DNA of 64,000 nt from Eledone cirrhosa (GCA_964016885.1 OZ024745.1:38254001-38318000); one strand, 5' to 3'; counted from the first letter of the stretch, positions 13,665-29,082 are shown. Made by a program: numbers and translations. The notes: generated from the sequence alone by a model not told the origin.

Positions 13665-15535
13665 ACAGACCGATAACTTGATGACAACAATGTATCAAAT
13701 CTTAACATCAATCCTAACTGAATATACATATGATCACCTGATAACAAATGATCTATTTCCCAATGAGCAGAGATGATGTAAACGAGGCTCATAAGGCTGT
13801 AAGAATCAGCTTTTGATTAACTGTCAATTGCTTGCATAGAATACAAAAAAAAAAAGCATTTGATAGTTTGCCACACAATTGGATTGAAAAGTGTATAGAG
13901 ATTTTCAATATATCTCCAGTTGTCAAGAAGGTCCTGTCATTCAGTATGAAAACATTTTAAACAACACGTTTTTTGAACAGTGAACAAAAAAACCAGGAAG
14001 ATGGTGAAGTTAATATTAATTGTGTAATGTTTCAGGGTGACGCTTTATCACCGCTTTTATTCTGCATCGCACTTATACCATTAAGTAAAATGTTCAATGA
14101 AACAAATATGGATATAAAGCCTGTGACAAAACCCTTAATCACTTGTTCTACAAGGATGACCTGAAACTATTTGCGAAAAATGATGAGCAATTGCAGGGGC
14201 TATTATCCAATGTGAAGCAGTTAAATGATGATACTAAAATGGAGTTTGGACTAGATAAATGCGCCAGAGGAAAGCTGCTGAGAAGTTCAGACATTAATCT
14301 TGATAGGGGGAACCTAATCTGGATAAGAGAACTTGATCAAGAAGAAACTTATAAATACGTAGGTGTTTGTGAATGAGACGGAATCAAGCACTCGACAATG
14401 AGTGAAAGGATAAGGAATGTTACCGCAGAGTAAGAGCAATCTTAAGAAGACTAGATCGATGCCATAAACATACTTGCCATACCAGTAGTAATTTCCAATT
14501 TCAATTTCATCAACTGTTCAAGCACATAGATCCGTAGGTAAATCCTTAACCATGCACAGAATACTTCACACTAAGGCAGATACAGATAGAATATATCTCC
14601 ACAGGAAAGAAGGAGGACGTGAATTACTCAAGTTAGATATTTCTTTGAAAATGCAACAATTAGATTATCTACATATCTAAGGGAAGCATATGATTGGATG
14701 ATCAAACTTGAAAGCATCAAAAGATCGGACATGAAAGCATCAAAAGATCGGACTCCATCACAAAATATGCACATAGTTACAGTAATAAACTACAAATTTC
14801 AGAAGTTCGCTTTACTGCTGAAATGAAAAACAGAAAAAGGAAACCAGGTGAAAGTAACGCAAAGAAAGAACTGCTACAGAAATTGGCAAGAAAAACCTCT
14901 GTATGGAAAATACCCAGAAAGAGCTAACAATCCTGATGTTGACAAACTTTTAACCCATCAGTTGTTGGCTTTCGCTGGACTAAAATCAAGGATTGAATTA
15001 CTGATTATGTCAGCACAAGATCAGTGTCTGCCAACAAAAAATTATGAAGCCAACATCATAAAATATGGATGCAACCCATTATGCCGTGTATGTAAAAAAC
15101 AACCAGAGACCATTGATCATATAATTTCAATGTGCAGCCCTATAGCTCCACCGGAATACCTAAACAAGTGCGATAGTGCTGCGCAATACATATATTGGGT
15201 AATGTATAAGCATTTTGACCTGCCCCATAAAAATTATTGGTGGGAGCATCAACGACTTCCCGTACTTGAAAAAGGTCACATCTCAAATTTTGTGGAAATT
15301 TAGCATCCAAAACAGACCGAAAAATAGATGCAAATAGATCTGATATAGTACTGAAGGACTTTAAAAAGAGGGTATGCCTGCTATTTGACACGTATGTTCC
15401 TATAGACAAGAATTTATCTATAAAAAACATTTGAAAAATTGAGCAAGTGTAAAGACCTGGAGATAGAGATTAGAAAAATCTGGAAGTTCAGAACTAAAAC
15501 AATAACAGTGGTTGTAGGCGCTCTAGAATCACAAG
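13665..15535 (+). mobile_element. Decayed 5'-truncated R4/Dong-like element (second family)
   Basis: FQGDALSPLLFC, FYKDDLKLF, YKYVGV, AQDQCL, CRVCKKQPETIDHIISMC; many stops and frameshifts; begins in (TAA)n. Confidence 0.85.
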
Positions 15536-15679
15536 TCTAAACTCCTAAAGATACATGTATGTGTGTATGTGTTCTTTCTTGAACATGGCGGACCTTCTTA
15601 TCTCTTGAGGTCACTGGTCGTGATTGGTGATAACTCGTATGAACATAAAGCAAGATAAATGAAAAAAAAAAATAATAAT

Positions 15680-18600
15680 GATGATTTCTTTATTGATCAG
15701 AAATGGGTCATTCCTGGAAAAAGCTCATAAAACCACGAATGTTCTGATCTTTTGGGCAAGTGCCCTGTCCCAGTTATACACCTCCATTCTTCAGGCTTAC
15801 ACTCAGAGCATGCCCATTCACTCGGGCCATGCTCGCTTCTCTCATCCACTTTTCAACAAATTGCTTTGAAGGCAGCACTTCTCTCCCTACCTCTATTTTC
15901 CTCATCAAGTGGAATCTGAAAAAGTTGATCGGGGTTTCACCGAAAAGGAAAGTGCTCGTCTTCAAATCTTTCAAGCGTGTCAGCATACTACATGACATGA
16001 AATCGGCCTGCCCTTCTTGATTAAAAGAAGGCGGTGGGAAAATCTTCACAATCAACACGTTTGATAACCGAATTTGTCCTACACGTGACAGCAGGTATTC
16101 GACATAAAAATACGAGTCAGCAATGGTCAGACACCGGACGGTTTCATCGTCCTGCGCGCATCTCGAACAGGTTCGGCTGACGGCACTTCCATGTCCTTAG
16201 ATGTTATCTCGAACTGGCAAAGCTCCTCGGTAGCAATACCATGCGAGTGATTTCTGGAAAGCCCATCCGAAAAGAGTTGATTTTCGTCGATGTCTGGGGT
16301 TGGCCTAAGAACCCCGTCGCTTTTATCTGCCACTAACCCACTATAGAACATTAAGGTGGTGTTTCCACCGCGCTTCTATTTACCGATTGTTGAATGGCTG
16401 TAAACGCTTGGAGACTTACCAGAGTCCAAGCGCCCTCCGACGCTCTCCGCTTGACCCAGGACTGTAGCTCTGTTAAGATTACGAGCTGAGGCAACATGCA
16501 TCTGGTGTACGGTGACCACACCTATTCAACGTTTAGGAAGATATAGAGATGTCGTAGCCTCAGTGCATGCATGTGCATCATTAATCACCGCATTCCCCGT
16601 CCTCCACGCAGGGTCTGATGACAGCAGATAGACCGCCTCTCCACCGCTATTGTGCAGTCAGAAGGGGTTCGGGACAACGTACTGCTATCAAGTGGAAGTA
16701 AATGATGAATGGGATGATTGTGTTCGTCACCTCTGCCCTATCCTTGAGGAACAACTTTCTCCCGGCCCATTTCTGGGTAAGTTTGGCCACTTTGTTAGTC
16801 ATCTGATCCCAATTTCGGTCCATCTGGAGGTCAGAACCAAACCAGAACCCGAGTAATTTAACAGGACCGTCAGTCTAGCACCTGACGACACTGTTAGACA
16901 GCATAGACATGCCCCTCCATGTGCCGATTTGTAGGCCCACGGATTTTTCCTGGTTGATTTTCGCTCCTGTCAGCGCTTCGTATTCCTTCACTACAGTGCC
17001 GATCACCCTAATGTGTTTGGTGTTCGACACTACGACTGTGATGTCCTCGGAGTAGGCCGACACAGCTCTTCCATGTTCACGCGGGATGCCCCTCAACGTC
17101 TCTAATCAGTGTAGTAGTGGCACGAGAGTCAATACATACAAGGACGAGAGGGGATAGCCCTGGCGGACCGAACGCATTTATGTTGAACGGTTCCGAGAGG
17201 TGACCACAGAGCAGATGTTACTATGCATAGCAGCTATACATTCTCTGAAAACCGGCCGAAAGCTTTGATGACTGCTACCAGGTACAGATAGTCGACTCTA
17301 TCAAATGCTTTTGATTGATCCAAGTTAATCAGTGCCCTACCCGTGCCAGGTTCTTTAGTCATCTTCTCAATTATGTGCCGCATGTGATGGAGGTTGTCGT
17401 GGATAGATCTCTTGGGAATAGCACATGTCTGTGCTTCCCCGACCAGACCACCAACGACCAACCTCGTTGCTAAAACATTGACCAACATTTTGAACTCTGT
17501 ATTTAATAGATTTATGGGCCTAAAATTAATTATATTGTCTCCCTTGTTCAGGTCTTTTTTCAGCAGTTCCACCACTTCGCGGCTCTTAGAACTGGGGATT
17601 CTCCCATTCTGCTGCCAGTTGCTGTAGACATGTGTCAAGAGGTCACAAAACAAATCTGACATATAAACATAAAGCTCGTAGGGCACACCATGCAATCCAG
17701 TCGATTTGCCCCTCGTGCATTCAGCTAATGCATTCTGTATCTCAACGGCTGTTATTGGCTTTTCGCAACATTCCGCCTCTGTCACTGACATCTGCTGCAG
17801 GCCGTGGAGATAGGTTGTGAAGTCCATCTCGCAAATCGGACCGCCAACGCTACCGAAAAGTCGGGAAAAGTGTTTCTGAAAAGTCGCACACATCTGCTTG
17901 GGATCGAGTATCATGTGTCGGTCGTAGTGTTCCAGAAATCGAATTGTGGCTTTGTTGCCACGTGGCGCCTCTGCCACACGTGTCTATTGAACGGCTTTCG
18001 TCTCCTCACAACTGAGAGCACGCGTCTTATATCTGACATCGTAGCCTTCGTGTTTAGCATTGAAGAATTGGTTTAGAGCCAATATCGTCTCACGAACGTC
18101 AGTTGCGATTACTTTGTTCATTGCCTTTTCTCGTTTTCTCACCAGTCGCCTCTCTACTCAAGGTTTCTCTATTGTTACAGCTTTGCTCAATCTTATTGAT
18201 TCTACTTTAATTCCCCTTTTCAGGGCATACCACTACTTGTTGATGATGATTGGCCCTGTGAACGCCTGCTTAGCTAATTCACTAATCCGATCTATGTAGG
18301 CTTTTCGCATTGGGAATGAGGCGATTAGCTTCTAGTAACCGGGTACTTGCCTATGGAACTTATCTAGATCTACTAGGCATTTCACAAATTTGTGGTCTGT
18401 GTATTCATCTGTTCGAAAGTGTGGAAAATGTATGTTATTCCTGTCTACTTCCCCACTGAATACCCTATAGAGATACGATCTGGATTACGTGATGCGCCCT
18501 GGGAAAATCCAGTCGGTATCTGCCAGACATTTGGAAGTGTCTGAGCAGATTTGCGAGGCTTTTACATTCTCGTCTCCTATTCGTTAGACCCACACGATCC

Positions 18601-18720
18601 TAGCGTGCATCTAAGATACCGTTCTAGTCACCCACTGAGACTAACGAGCGAAGCGTTTCCAGAAAGGTTTCTAGACACCGGAAGAAATCAGTTCGTCCTG
18701 CCCTTGTTGGAGCATAGACA
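15680..18720 (-). mobile_element. Decayed L1/Tx1-clade LINE ORF2 (APE remnant + RT + C-terminus)
   Basis: GKSTGLHGVPYELY, NFRPINLLNTEFK, LDQSKAFDRVD, SVRQG, AYSEDITVV, KINQEKS; DHKFV endonuclease remnant near 18380-18400. Confidence 0.85.
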
Positions 18721-18741
18721 GCCACTAAACTGAAGATTAGC

Positions 18742-18960
18742 TGCTGTTATTGTTGTTGTGGCTGTTCTTGTTATTAGTGTTGTTTTCGTTGATACTGTTC
18801 CTACTATTATTGTTGTTGTGGATATTGTTATTTTCATTGTTATTGTCTTTCTCAAACGTATCGCTGTTATTTTCATTGTTATTATTATTGTTGTTGTTGC
18901 TGTTACTACTAACATTATTAATTCTAATTATTGCCATTATTGATATTATAATTATTACAC
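18742..18960. repeat. Degenerate (TTA/TTG)n trinucleotide tract
   Basis: Direct inspection. Confidence 0.85.
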
Positions 18961-20149
18961 TACCACTAGTATTGACAATAAGGACTGTTTGTTGGTGTCG
19001 GCGATGTTGCTAAAATTATTTCTGCATACTTAGTTCAGGTTTATGCTTCATTTCGTTTTCATTTAGGATCCTGTGAACGGTAAAAACATCTTCTGTTGTA
19101 CACAAACAAAAGATACAATCTGTCTACAATCAACAATGGTTGAAATAAATGTTTTGCCTTGTGGCATAGCATTCAAAATTTACCAAACTATGCAACCACT
19201 AGACATATTTGTATCAACTTCGTTTTTAGCCAGTGTAGATTTTATGTAAAGGAATTCAGGGCATAATCCACTGAGGTGGTGTCCACAACAATATTTTGCT
19301 ATACATATGAAACATCTTAGTGTTCATTTGTCGACACTTTCATTATGTAAACATTATCCTGTGTCTTCCTCTTTTATCTATTCGGGCATATGTCACCATT
19401 ACGGCTTTCAAAATAGCTTTATCTCTACCAAAACAACAGCTAAACACTTATTTGGTGTTAATTCAAATGTATCAGGCGTATTGAAGAAATGTTTGAAAGA
19501 CAGAGATACTTACTATAAGAAACCTGGTTACCGCATAGCCAGAAGAATATATTAAAAAAAGTTAATCAAATAAAAGTATTTACCGAATCAATGGTGGAAG
19601 CAAATAATTTCGTGCGCTATCACTGAATAATTACAATGACGTTTATGATGATGATTAGTATTATTATGATTCCGATAGTGATGTTGGTGATGATGATATT
19701 GATGATGGGGATAATGATGATGATGATGATAATGATGTTGATGATTTCTAACCATTAAGACGGGGTTAGAACATTATAGGAGTGAAAGTGTAGAGGACTG
19801 TATCGATCCTATCGCCTTATTGACAAGAAGGGAAATCAAATTTCTCCACCTGACACTTCATTATAATACAATGTAATAAATGCTAAAAGCTATTTACTTC
19901 GGCCCTCCACCTAATTTTCCACATCATGCACCTTAAATTAGTAATAATATTGATATATTATAGGGACAAACATCTACTGTTTATATGATATCTTAGAAAA
20001 CATCGGCAAACACATTCACATCTGTACTTATGTTCAGAATGTCATTTGATACAACTAAATACTGCAGTATATCTTGTCAATCACTCTATAGTTCCTGTCA
20101 CACGCATTGTCTTTATTTTCTTTCGTGTTCTGTTTAGATCAGACAGTAT

Positions 20150-20351
20150 CTCAGATGCGAGAAAAACCACAAACTCTCCATCTCAATTTTACTTTTGAAA
20201 AGCAGAAGAACTGCGAAACCGGTAAAGGAACCAAATAAATATTCTTAAAAAGACTCCAGTTGCATTTTCGTTTTCATCATTTTTCCTTATACTTTCACTC
20301 GTGTAGGACGTCTCGTTTGTTTTTCATTTTGTAAAAAACCTCATTTTCTAA
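20150..20351 (+). mobile_element. Solo PLE 3' end with intact U3-A8 hammerhead core (20191-20228)
   Basis: Matches the reverse complement of 9156-9370; ends in (TA)n. Confidence 0.8.
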
Positions 20352-20366
20352 TATATATATATATAT

Positions 20367-21240
20367 GCAGTGGCGGACTAGGTCTAAAAATACTGGTTGC
20401 CAGGAGATTAAGGGGGCTCACCTACGTATAGAATGCTATCATGTATACTGAATAAATAACATTTTCGAAAAATACATAGGTGGAAACAAAATATTTCAAT
20501 TAAATTTTTGAGGAAAAATATCTTAACTTCTCCAATAAAAATATGTATTTTACGAAATCCAGAGACTTTCAATAATGACCAGAAGTGGACCATAAATATT
20601 ACTAAAAGCCTTAGGAAGCCATGGATGACACCACATCTTTTTAACTTTGATTTTAAAAGTAGGATTTTATATATATTAACATAATATTTGTTTGCTAAAA
20701 TAATCAAATTAAATTAATTCAACAGTTAAACACTCATAGGAATATTAAGGTTGTTACCAAAGGGCCAGAAGATTGACAAGACGACCCTAAATATTATTAA
20801 TAGTTCTAGGAAAGCCATTTTATTAATTTTGATTTTGAAAGTAGGTTTATAATTATCAACTATCATTATACTTGTGTAGCTGTCTCGCTGGCCTAGTTGG
20901 ATGAATCATAGATGGTTGTGATCCTTGTCTGAAGTTCGATCCTGGTCGGGAGTAGTGTTCGCGGTAAATCTTTTCATTTTTTTTTCTATTGGTTGTAAAA
21001 TAAAAACTGAAAAGGTTTACACGTACCTCTCGACCAATATTGAACCCAAGGTCAGGATCTCCGCCGTCTCTTGTACCTCCCGCTAGGTGACAGAGACAAC
21101 TACGAACATTTTATGAACATTCATACTTATAAACCTACATTCAAAATTCTCAACACAAAGTGTTGTGGTGTCGTTCATGTCTTTGTTAATGTTATTGCTG
21201 CCACTTAAGGTCAACTTCTAAATCGTTTGGGCATTTCATA
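20367..21240. mobile_element. Non-autonomous DNA-transposon-like remnant with internal repeats and two inverted tRNA-like segments
   Basis: Starts CAGTGGCGGACTAG (hAT-like terminus). 20570-20670 and 20755-20850 are direct repeats, 21130-21230 is inverted. tRNA-like boxes at 20880-20950 (+) and 21025-21100 (-). Confidence 0.45.
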
Positions 21241-21539
21241 AACTACATCCTCGTTTTGTTTCACAGCTATCTAGACTATATTTTAACCTGTAATCCATGT
21301 TTCATTTTTGTTGCACCTCATTTCCCCCCATCTCTCTTTCTCTCTGTGATATTTGAGTCTACAGAAACCAAAAATGCGGAATGATCTACATTTCATTAGA
21401 AAAATGCAAAGGGAATCACTCACACAAACGAATAACAGAAACATATAATTGTGAAATATAACACTAATATTAACGAAAACATAATGTATGTGAATGAAAG
21501 ACTTAAGCAGCAATATGTAAACTAAACCGAGAGTATATC

Positions 21540-22750
21540 TTGCAAGAGATCAACTTATTAGAAACACATACCACAATGTTGACAGAAACTTTAAAAACAA
21601 AGCATCAAAATACTGGATGACATAGCAACATCATCTGGTGTTAAATAAAGTGAGAGGCATAATAGCATGAACACATTGTTAATTATCACAAAGCAAATGG
21701 AAGGGAAATGGGGAAAAGAAAACGCAATAACACAGCACGCACGGCAGAGCATAACTCGGGAGGAGTTTAATAACACTTTAGAACTACAAGCATGCGGAAA
21801 TTAACAAAGCCCAACATTCTGGTTGAAATATTTAACTATTTACTCACGTATTTCAATACATTATTCAATGAATTAATAAAGAGACCAGAGATAACACGAT
21901 TGGCTACTAGATCGCAAATCCAATACTGAAATCGAATAAAAAAACAGCAGCAGAGACTCCCTATACTACAGACCTATATATTGTTTGCAATCAAAACAAC
22001 ATAAAATCCCTTATGGCTATTCTCTATAACTGTTCATCTGGAAAATAATAATATGTTGTCTAAAAAGTTCAAGGGGTATCGGAATGTCATGCGCGATTTT
22101 ACAGATCCGTTACTATTAAATGGGGTAATTAACAAAGACAGAAAATAGCTTAAAATAGATTAAAGCAAAGCATTGCAAAGAACACTTCACTTTAAATATT
22201 GGAGAAACTGCATATGAATAAAATTGCTTCTAACGCAGTACAACAGTTGTGGCGTATAAACTGGAAGAGCAAATATATCAATGCAGTGAAAACAGACGAA
22301 AAAAAAAAGTTCTATACACATTAGAAAAAAGTATCTTCCAAGCTTTATGTTATCAGCAGCCGCAGTGTATTATATCAGCATAGCGAATGTGATCTTGCTG
22401 TCGTTAATATATTCACTGCCATAAGCCATTTAACTCTATGCCCAGTTTATCAAAGTGGTATAATCATCTAATAAAGACAGTATATGTGAAAGATCTCAAT
22501 ATAATTATCGTATATAAGCCTGTCTAAAATGAAATGACCAATGTAAATCTTCATAAGTAGAATGATCAATGGCAATCTATGTAGCATTAAAGATAGATAT
22601 TGAACCTATCTGATGAAACGGACGGAGTAAAATCTAATACAGTTCAAGTATATTGAAAATGAAATAAGCAGGGTCCAAGTATAACGATATGAATAATAAT
22701 TTAGGCATTATAAAACGGATGAATAAAAACATCTTTAAAATGATAACAAT
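21540..22750 (+). mobile_element. Highly decayed non-LTR RT remnant (R4/Dong-like)
   Basis: YRPI..CL-like motif at ~21967 and A-rich coding-like composition; no open frame. Confidence 0.4.
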
Positions 22751-22999
22751 GCTTAATTATTGGGTATATCGTTATCCACTGCTACACATATCCCTCTGTA
22801 GACCTTTTTCCTCCATTCCCCTCTGTAAAATATTAAAGGTTTGACGAGGTTTTGTTCGTATAATCGAACATTTAACGCAACCACATTAACTTCACGCTAA
22901 CATCTTTAATATGTTTATCAACCTACCTAGTCTTAGCAGAATATCTTCCCAGGCCGGCAGTGTTTTAAGCTTCTTGTTCTTTGGTTCATCCGTCTATTA

Positions 23000-24335
23000 T
23001 TCGATGTATAATACCCGTTTACAATTGACTTCACATCTGCATGATACACACTATTGGATTATTACTAATCATGGGCTTCGTCAAGGATGAAGTTGATTTA
23101 TAATGTAATTTATTCACCAGCCCTCGCAGGGCTGTTATTCTAGTCAGAACACACCTAAGAGTTATTAAATTCTTCCACGTAGAATGGATTTGTCTAACAC
23201 TTACATCAATTCGGTTATCTACTACCACCTGGCATCATGATTGGTCTAAGTATTCATCTGACTTGATTGGAATGTATACTTTTTCGCTTATTGAGGCAAC
23301 AGCATTATGGGCTGGTGAGGCGGTCTACTTGCTGCCAATACCACCACCAACACTAACATTGACACTCTTTGTATTTCGTGTTTGATGTAGTGTATGTCAT
23401 TGAGCTAAAACTTTTTACAGAGAACCTGACCGAAACGATGTGAATCCTTTCTTTGCGCTTCATGTAAATACTTTTCTACAACTCGTTTCTTTGAGAATGT
23501 TGCAGCTATTGGAAAAAGCACATTTGAGTTAGATGTTTTAAATCTGTAAATACCAGTTGGACAAAACGGTTTATATAAATCAATATTAAGTTTCTATGTT
23601 AACGGAGACGATAGGCCTGCCAATGTTTCTGAGCATCCTCAAAAACGCTCAGAATATTATTTTCAGATAATTTTTAGCCCAGGGAGCTCTACCGAATCCG
23701 GATATATTCTACCAGCCTGACTGTTATGGATCCGCAACCGACCGAATCTGTCGAACAGGTGTGCAGTTTGACCATCCGGTGCACACTTGCACAATGTACA
23801 TGCACCGTTGCTATGCCAAGTTTTGCCGAACAGCCGTTACCTCGTGCGCGATGGAAGTGGTAGTCATAATTCTATCGTTGACATTGATCCACTGAAGTCC
23901 ATCAGCAAAAGAGACTGTCATCTTGCTATTTCTGGTACTTGTGGTAAAGAAAGGTGCCTGGTGTTCATGGCAAAAATGCTTGAGGACAGAGCTTTTCCTT
24001 TCTGGACAACCTTAAACTCTTCAAATACTACATTGAAGAAAAAATTTAAGGTAGAAACGTGGGTGAACATAATGAAAATACCCTTGTTAAACGCATCATC
24101 AGTAACTGTCATTGGGAAGGTTGTGTGGTTTGCTCTGTTTCTCCCACATTTATAGAATTCTCTTTCCTACTATTTCATCTATTAATTGTTTTCAGTTTAT
24201 GAATGTGTTCTGATTGTTATTTGCTAGCCCCATTTTATTCAAACTAATTTCCTATCTCAGTGTCTTTCTTATTTTCGTATTTCCGCTTATGTAGTTCTTT
24301 CAATGTTTGGGCACTTGTGGCCAATAAAAACCTTC
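23000..24335 (+). mobile_element. Decayed LINE 3' region (possibly L1/Tx1-like)
   Basis: Cys/His-rich remnant near 23760-23820; weak resemblance to the C-terminus at 15774-16058; T-rich UTR ending gtggccaataaaaa. Confidence 0.3.
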
Positions 24336-24585
24336 TACTTCTTGATATTATCATTATTATTAATATTGTTATTATTGTTAACACCGTATGGTTTCGTCAC
24401 TAAATGTCTAAAGCACATCTTCATTTTACATCTTCATCGGTGTTAAAATTTTTCTCACATCATGCACAAATGTAATTATTTTTCCAGTCCATTTTTTTCA
24501 CATATTTTCCTTCATCCCGCGCTCTCTCTCTCCCCCACTATGTATCCACGCGCACGCACGCACACACAGAGAGACGCATATACAC

Positions 24586-24723
<138 letters not shown>

Positions 24724-25255
24724 GTATGTGAGTGTGGTATATGTGTACGTTCTATCATTCTTACTCATACACACTGTATCTATTTATGTCTCACCCAGTC
24801 ACTCTGTCTCTATTTTACCACTCTTTCTATCCGTCACTCCGTCTCACTCTTGGAATGATTAGAAACCATCATCTGGAAATGTCATGTACAATAAAATTTA
24901 GTTTTCCTTCACCGGAGGCTGAATGGACAATCGATAAATTTCTTATTTCAATATCTTCAATCATAATTTTTCCATTTAAATGAAAATAAGAATAATACTA
25001 ACATTAATACTAATCGTGCTATAAACAATTAAAGTATAAACATTGATAATATTAATGATAATAGAGCCATAATAGAAAATAATATGTTAATAATATTGCG
25101 AATAATAATGATTTAATATTTCTAACTGTATGTATCAACAATAACACTTTTATAGTCTACCATCATCATCATTATCAAAAGCAGCATTAATAACAAAAGA
25201 ACTACAAAAAAAAAAGAGAAATTGTTTAAAATCAATGATCTTATGACACACTAAT

Positions 25256-25505
25256 TCTTTCTAATTTTGACACAAGGCCAGCAATTATCCCAGTGCATTA
25301 CTGGTACTTTATTTTATCGTTCTTTCTAATTTTGACACAAGGCCAGCAATTATCCCAGTGCATTACTGGTACTTTATTTTATCGATCCCGTCGGGATGAT
25401 AGGCAACGTTAACCTCGGCGAGATTTGAACTCAGACCATAAAGGGCCGTAACTCTTTGCTGCAAAGCATGGCATCCGACTCTTTACCGATACTGCCAATC
25501 CACCA
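25256..25505 (-). mobile_element. SINE copy with ~64 bp tandem duplication of its 3' part
   Basis: Reverse complement of the 7524 family; ttctttctaattttgacacaaggcc...ttttatcg occurs twice. Confidence 0.82.
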
Positions 25506-26476
25506 ATGTCTGAGAGACACTCTAGTAGAACAGGGCAAGTTTAGGGCATTTTAAACCAGATCGCAATCATCATCTCCAGGTTTGACTAGAGTCGACTATA
25601 TTCCAGGGAGTGTTGAGGGTGTGAAGTAGAACAGAACCCAGTACTGAACATTTATTAAAACCGAATGGATGAAAGGCAAATTCGTCTCAAATGGACTTGA
25701 AATCAAAACGCAGTGATCCAGACTGATTGCCACAAAGTATTCAATCTGACGCTCTAACGACTCATATTGGAAGACTTATATATGAATAAATTATAGCGAA
25801 ATAATTTCTCCTTTCCCGGGAATTCATTAGTGAGTAGAGGTTATTAGGAAATTAGGAACATATTTATATACATACATACATACATAATACATACATACAT
25901 ACATACATACAAACATAATACATACATATATACGTACATACAAACAGAATACATATATACATAGATACATGCATACATACTGAACTATATATTCTCCTTA
26001 CTGAATTCGCCTTTGCCATAATTTGGTAGCCAGAAGATCAGATAGGGAAGAGTAGGATTGACGAGTAAAAATTATATTGGTAAAACCTAATGGTAAAAAC
26101 CACACCCAAATTAAAGCACAACTGACCTGATATTTTTGTGTGGGAACACTTTAAATACATGCTCTGTTGCAAAAGACAGCTGGTCAGTCGTTGTCAGTAT
26201 TCACAGCTAGTGAACAGAGGGTCATGTTTAATAATCAATAATTTTACTTTGCATATTGTTCTATATTTATTGAGTGACTGAATCTATTATAACCACAACA
26301 ATTTAAATCATTTCGCCCTGCTTCATTGACCATAGGTTTTGTAACCTTTCCTTTCTTTGTCGTTAACCTTGTTGCTTGCAAGTTAAGATATATCCAAGTT
26401 TACCCATCATTGTTTGTGTCTATCACCATGATATTGGTTTTGGATATTCTACCTCATATATATCATATGATACATC

Positions 26477-26578
<102 letters not shown>

Positions 26579-28440
26579 CCGTAGGTTGCCGTGTGGGTAG
26601 TTGTGTTGTATCTATACATCCTTTATTTATAGATTGGAGGTAAGGTTTCAATCTCCTTTATGTAAAATTTATATATATTTATGTTTTTATATATACAATA
26701 TATATCATTTAGACTTTTAAAATTCATACAATCCTCTCACGTACGCATTCTAGTGGATATTTAACAATCATTTTTTCTACCGAATATTATAAGACAAATA
26801 ATACCTCTGTATCGCCAACACATCCTGACATAGAATGATTATATCCGCACGTAATATATACACACTCGGTGAATATATAGTTTTATATTTTTTTTATTTT
26901 TCAGTCATATTGATTTAAATTTATCAATATCGTTTATATTATTTTACTAATTTTTGTTAAATTATCCCTACTTATGTCTGAAAAAAATTCCCCTTTTATT
27001 TCAATTGTTAACGTACGTGCCTCATCTACTCGATAATTTTAATTAAATTCTAAATAATATATTCCCTTCTTTTTTATTTAACTTTATTATTCATTTTCCC
27101 TCAGATGCGTTTCATGAAATAAAATTACTCTATAGAATTTTCACAGTGCTGACTTCTCTAAAAAGTATATTTCAGAAAGTTAATCATCAATTCCATGCAT
27201 TCTGTTGCATATGAATAAATTCACACATACACGCTCAAATATACACGCAGACCTACATAGTCATAAATACATGCACGCACATACATTCAAGCATAGAGTG
27301 ATTTAATTCTTTTGATTACGTCTGGAGGCGGCGAATTAGTAGCATTGGGAGACCAATGGGTAGAATAACTGGCAATATTCGTTCGAGTACTCAGCACTCT
27401 GCGTGAAATTCATACTGAAGTCAACAATTCCTTCCATCTTTTCGAGGTCACTATAAACTCCAGTACAGGGGACGATTCTTCCAATCTCTCTCTCTCTCTT
27501 TCTCTCTCTCTCCCTCTCCCCCTCTCTCTCTCTTTCTCTCGCTCACTTTCCACACCAATTCCTCTTTCTCTGTAAACTATAGTAAAAGCTGGTAATGGTT
27601 GGATTCCAACTGGTGTAAAATATTCAATGTATTGGCAGTACTTTTCGGAATCCATACGGAGTTAAAGCTCGATGGACAGGATAATATCTGAAGAATTGCA
27701 AGCCGTGAATAGAATACAGGAAGCAAAAACAAAAAATGATTTACAGCAGACAAACAAAAAAAGGTATATTCCTTTAATTATTTATTAGTAAGTCAAACAT
27801 TTCAGAAAACTGCCCGAGCCCAACCAGCTGTAGTGTGTGTGAAACCATCCAACAGGCGAGCTGCAAAACAAGACATGTGGTATTAAGCGTGTGAGTCTTT
27901 CAGAAGTATTATGGAGATATTGTGTGCTTCATATGTCTTGAGTGACCTAGTTGCCGTAACTATAGAAGAGCCTGCTCAGATCGATTCAGAGTGACACAGG
28001 TGTGACAAAGCTGGCAGTTACCATTTAGTATACCTGAGTGTAAAGTGCCTTACTCCAGAAGACAACATGACCCAGAGAGTCGGATCCACGTCCTTATGAT
28101 CGTCGGTGAATAACCTAACCACTAAGCTACGGGATTTTACAGTAGGGGCAATTACTATAAGATATATAGTAGAAACAACGAATATTTTAAGTGGAAGATT
28201 GAAATCCGAATACTGGTATGAGCACAAGTACACCGACCAATACTATTGCATCATATCATGGATATACATAACACACCGATAAACAACGCTCACTCACATG
28301 ATCCAATGATGATCATATGATACTAACTATATAGTACGTTGCTTTTAATATATAGGCAATCTAATAATGCATTATAGTATAATATAATTAATTAACTAAT
28401 TAAAATGAGACATTTACCTTTATGCAAGTTTGTGCACAGT

Positions 28441-28471
<31 letters not shown>

Positions 28472-28537
28472 ATGAATGCACATATGTGTACGTAGGTGAG
28501 TGGATGTGTACAGGTGCATGATTGTGGGAATGTATGA

Positions 28538-28655
<118 letters not shown>

Positions 28656-28860
28656 TGATGTGACAAAAACCACAGACCCTCCATCTCAACTCTACTTTTG
28701 AAAATCAGAAGAACAGCGAAACCGGTAAAGGAACCAAATAAATATATATATATATTAAAAAATAAGACTCCAGTTGCATTTTCGATTTCATCTTTTTTCT
28801 TTATACTTTCACTCGTGTAGGACACCTCGATTATTTTTCATTTTGTAAAAATAACCTCAC

Positions 28861-28867
<7 letters not shown>
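28656..28867 (+). mobile_element. Solo PLE 3' end (U3-A8 hammerhead with mutated stem II)
   Basis: Matches the family consensus; between long (TA)n tracts. Confidence 0.8.
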
Positions 28868-28948
<81 letters not shown>

Positions 28949-29031
28949 CGTTATTCCGGGTTGAATCGGAGGTAACCACAGTAAGTAAGGTACTCAATAC
29001 ATTGCAGAGTATAAAAGTTTTAATATAGATG

Positions 29032-29082
29032 AGATTCTACAGGACTAGAACTGTTTCATTCTTTAGAAATCATCAGGAATCT
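29032..29082 (-). ncRNA. Type I hammerhead ribozyme in a short (TA)n-flanked element (28946-29083)
   Basis: AGATTC-CTGATGA-T-TTC(TAAA)GAA-T-GAAA-CAG(TTCTAGTC)CTG-TA/GAATCT; perfect 6 bp stem I. Confidence 0.75.
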
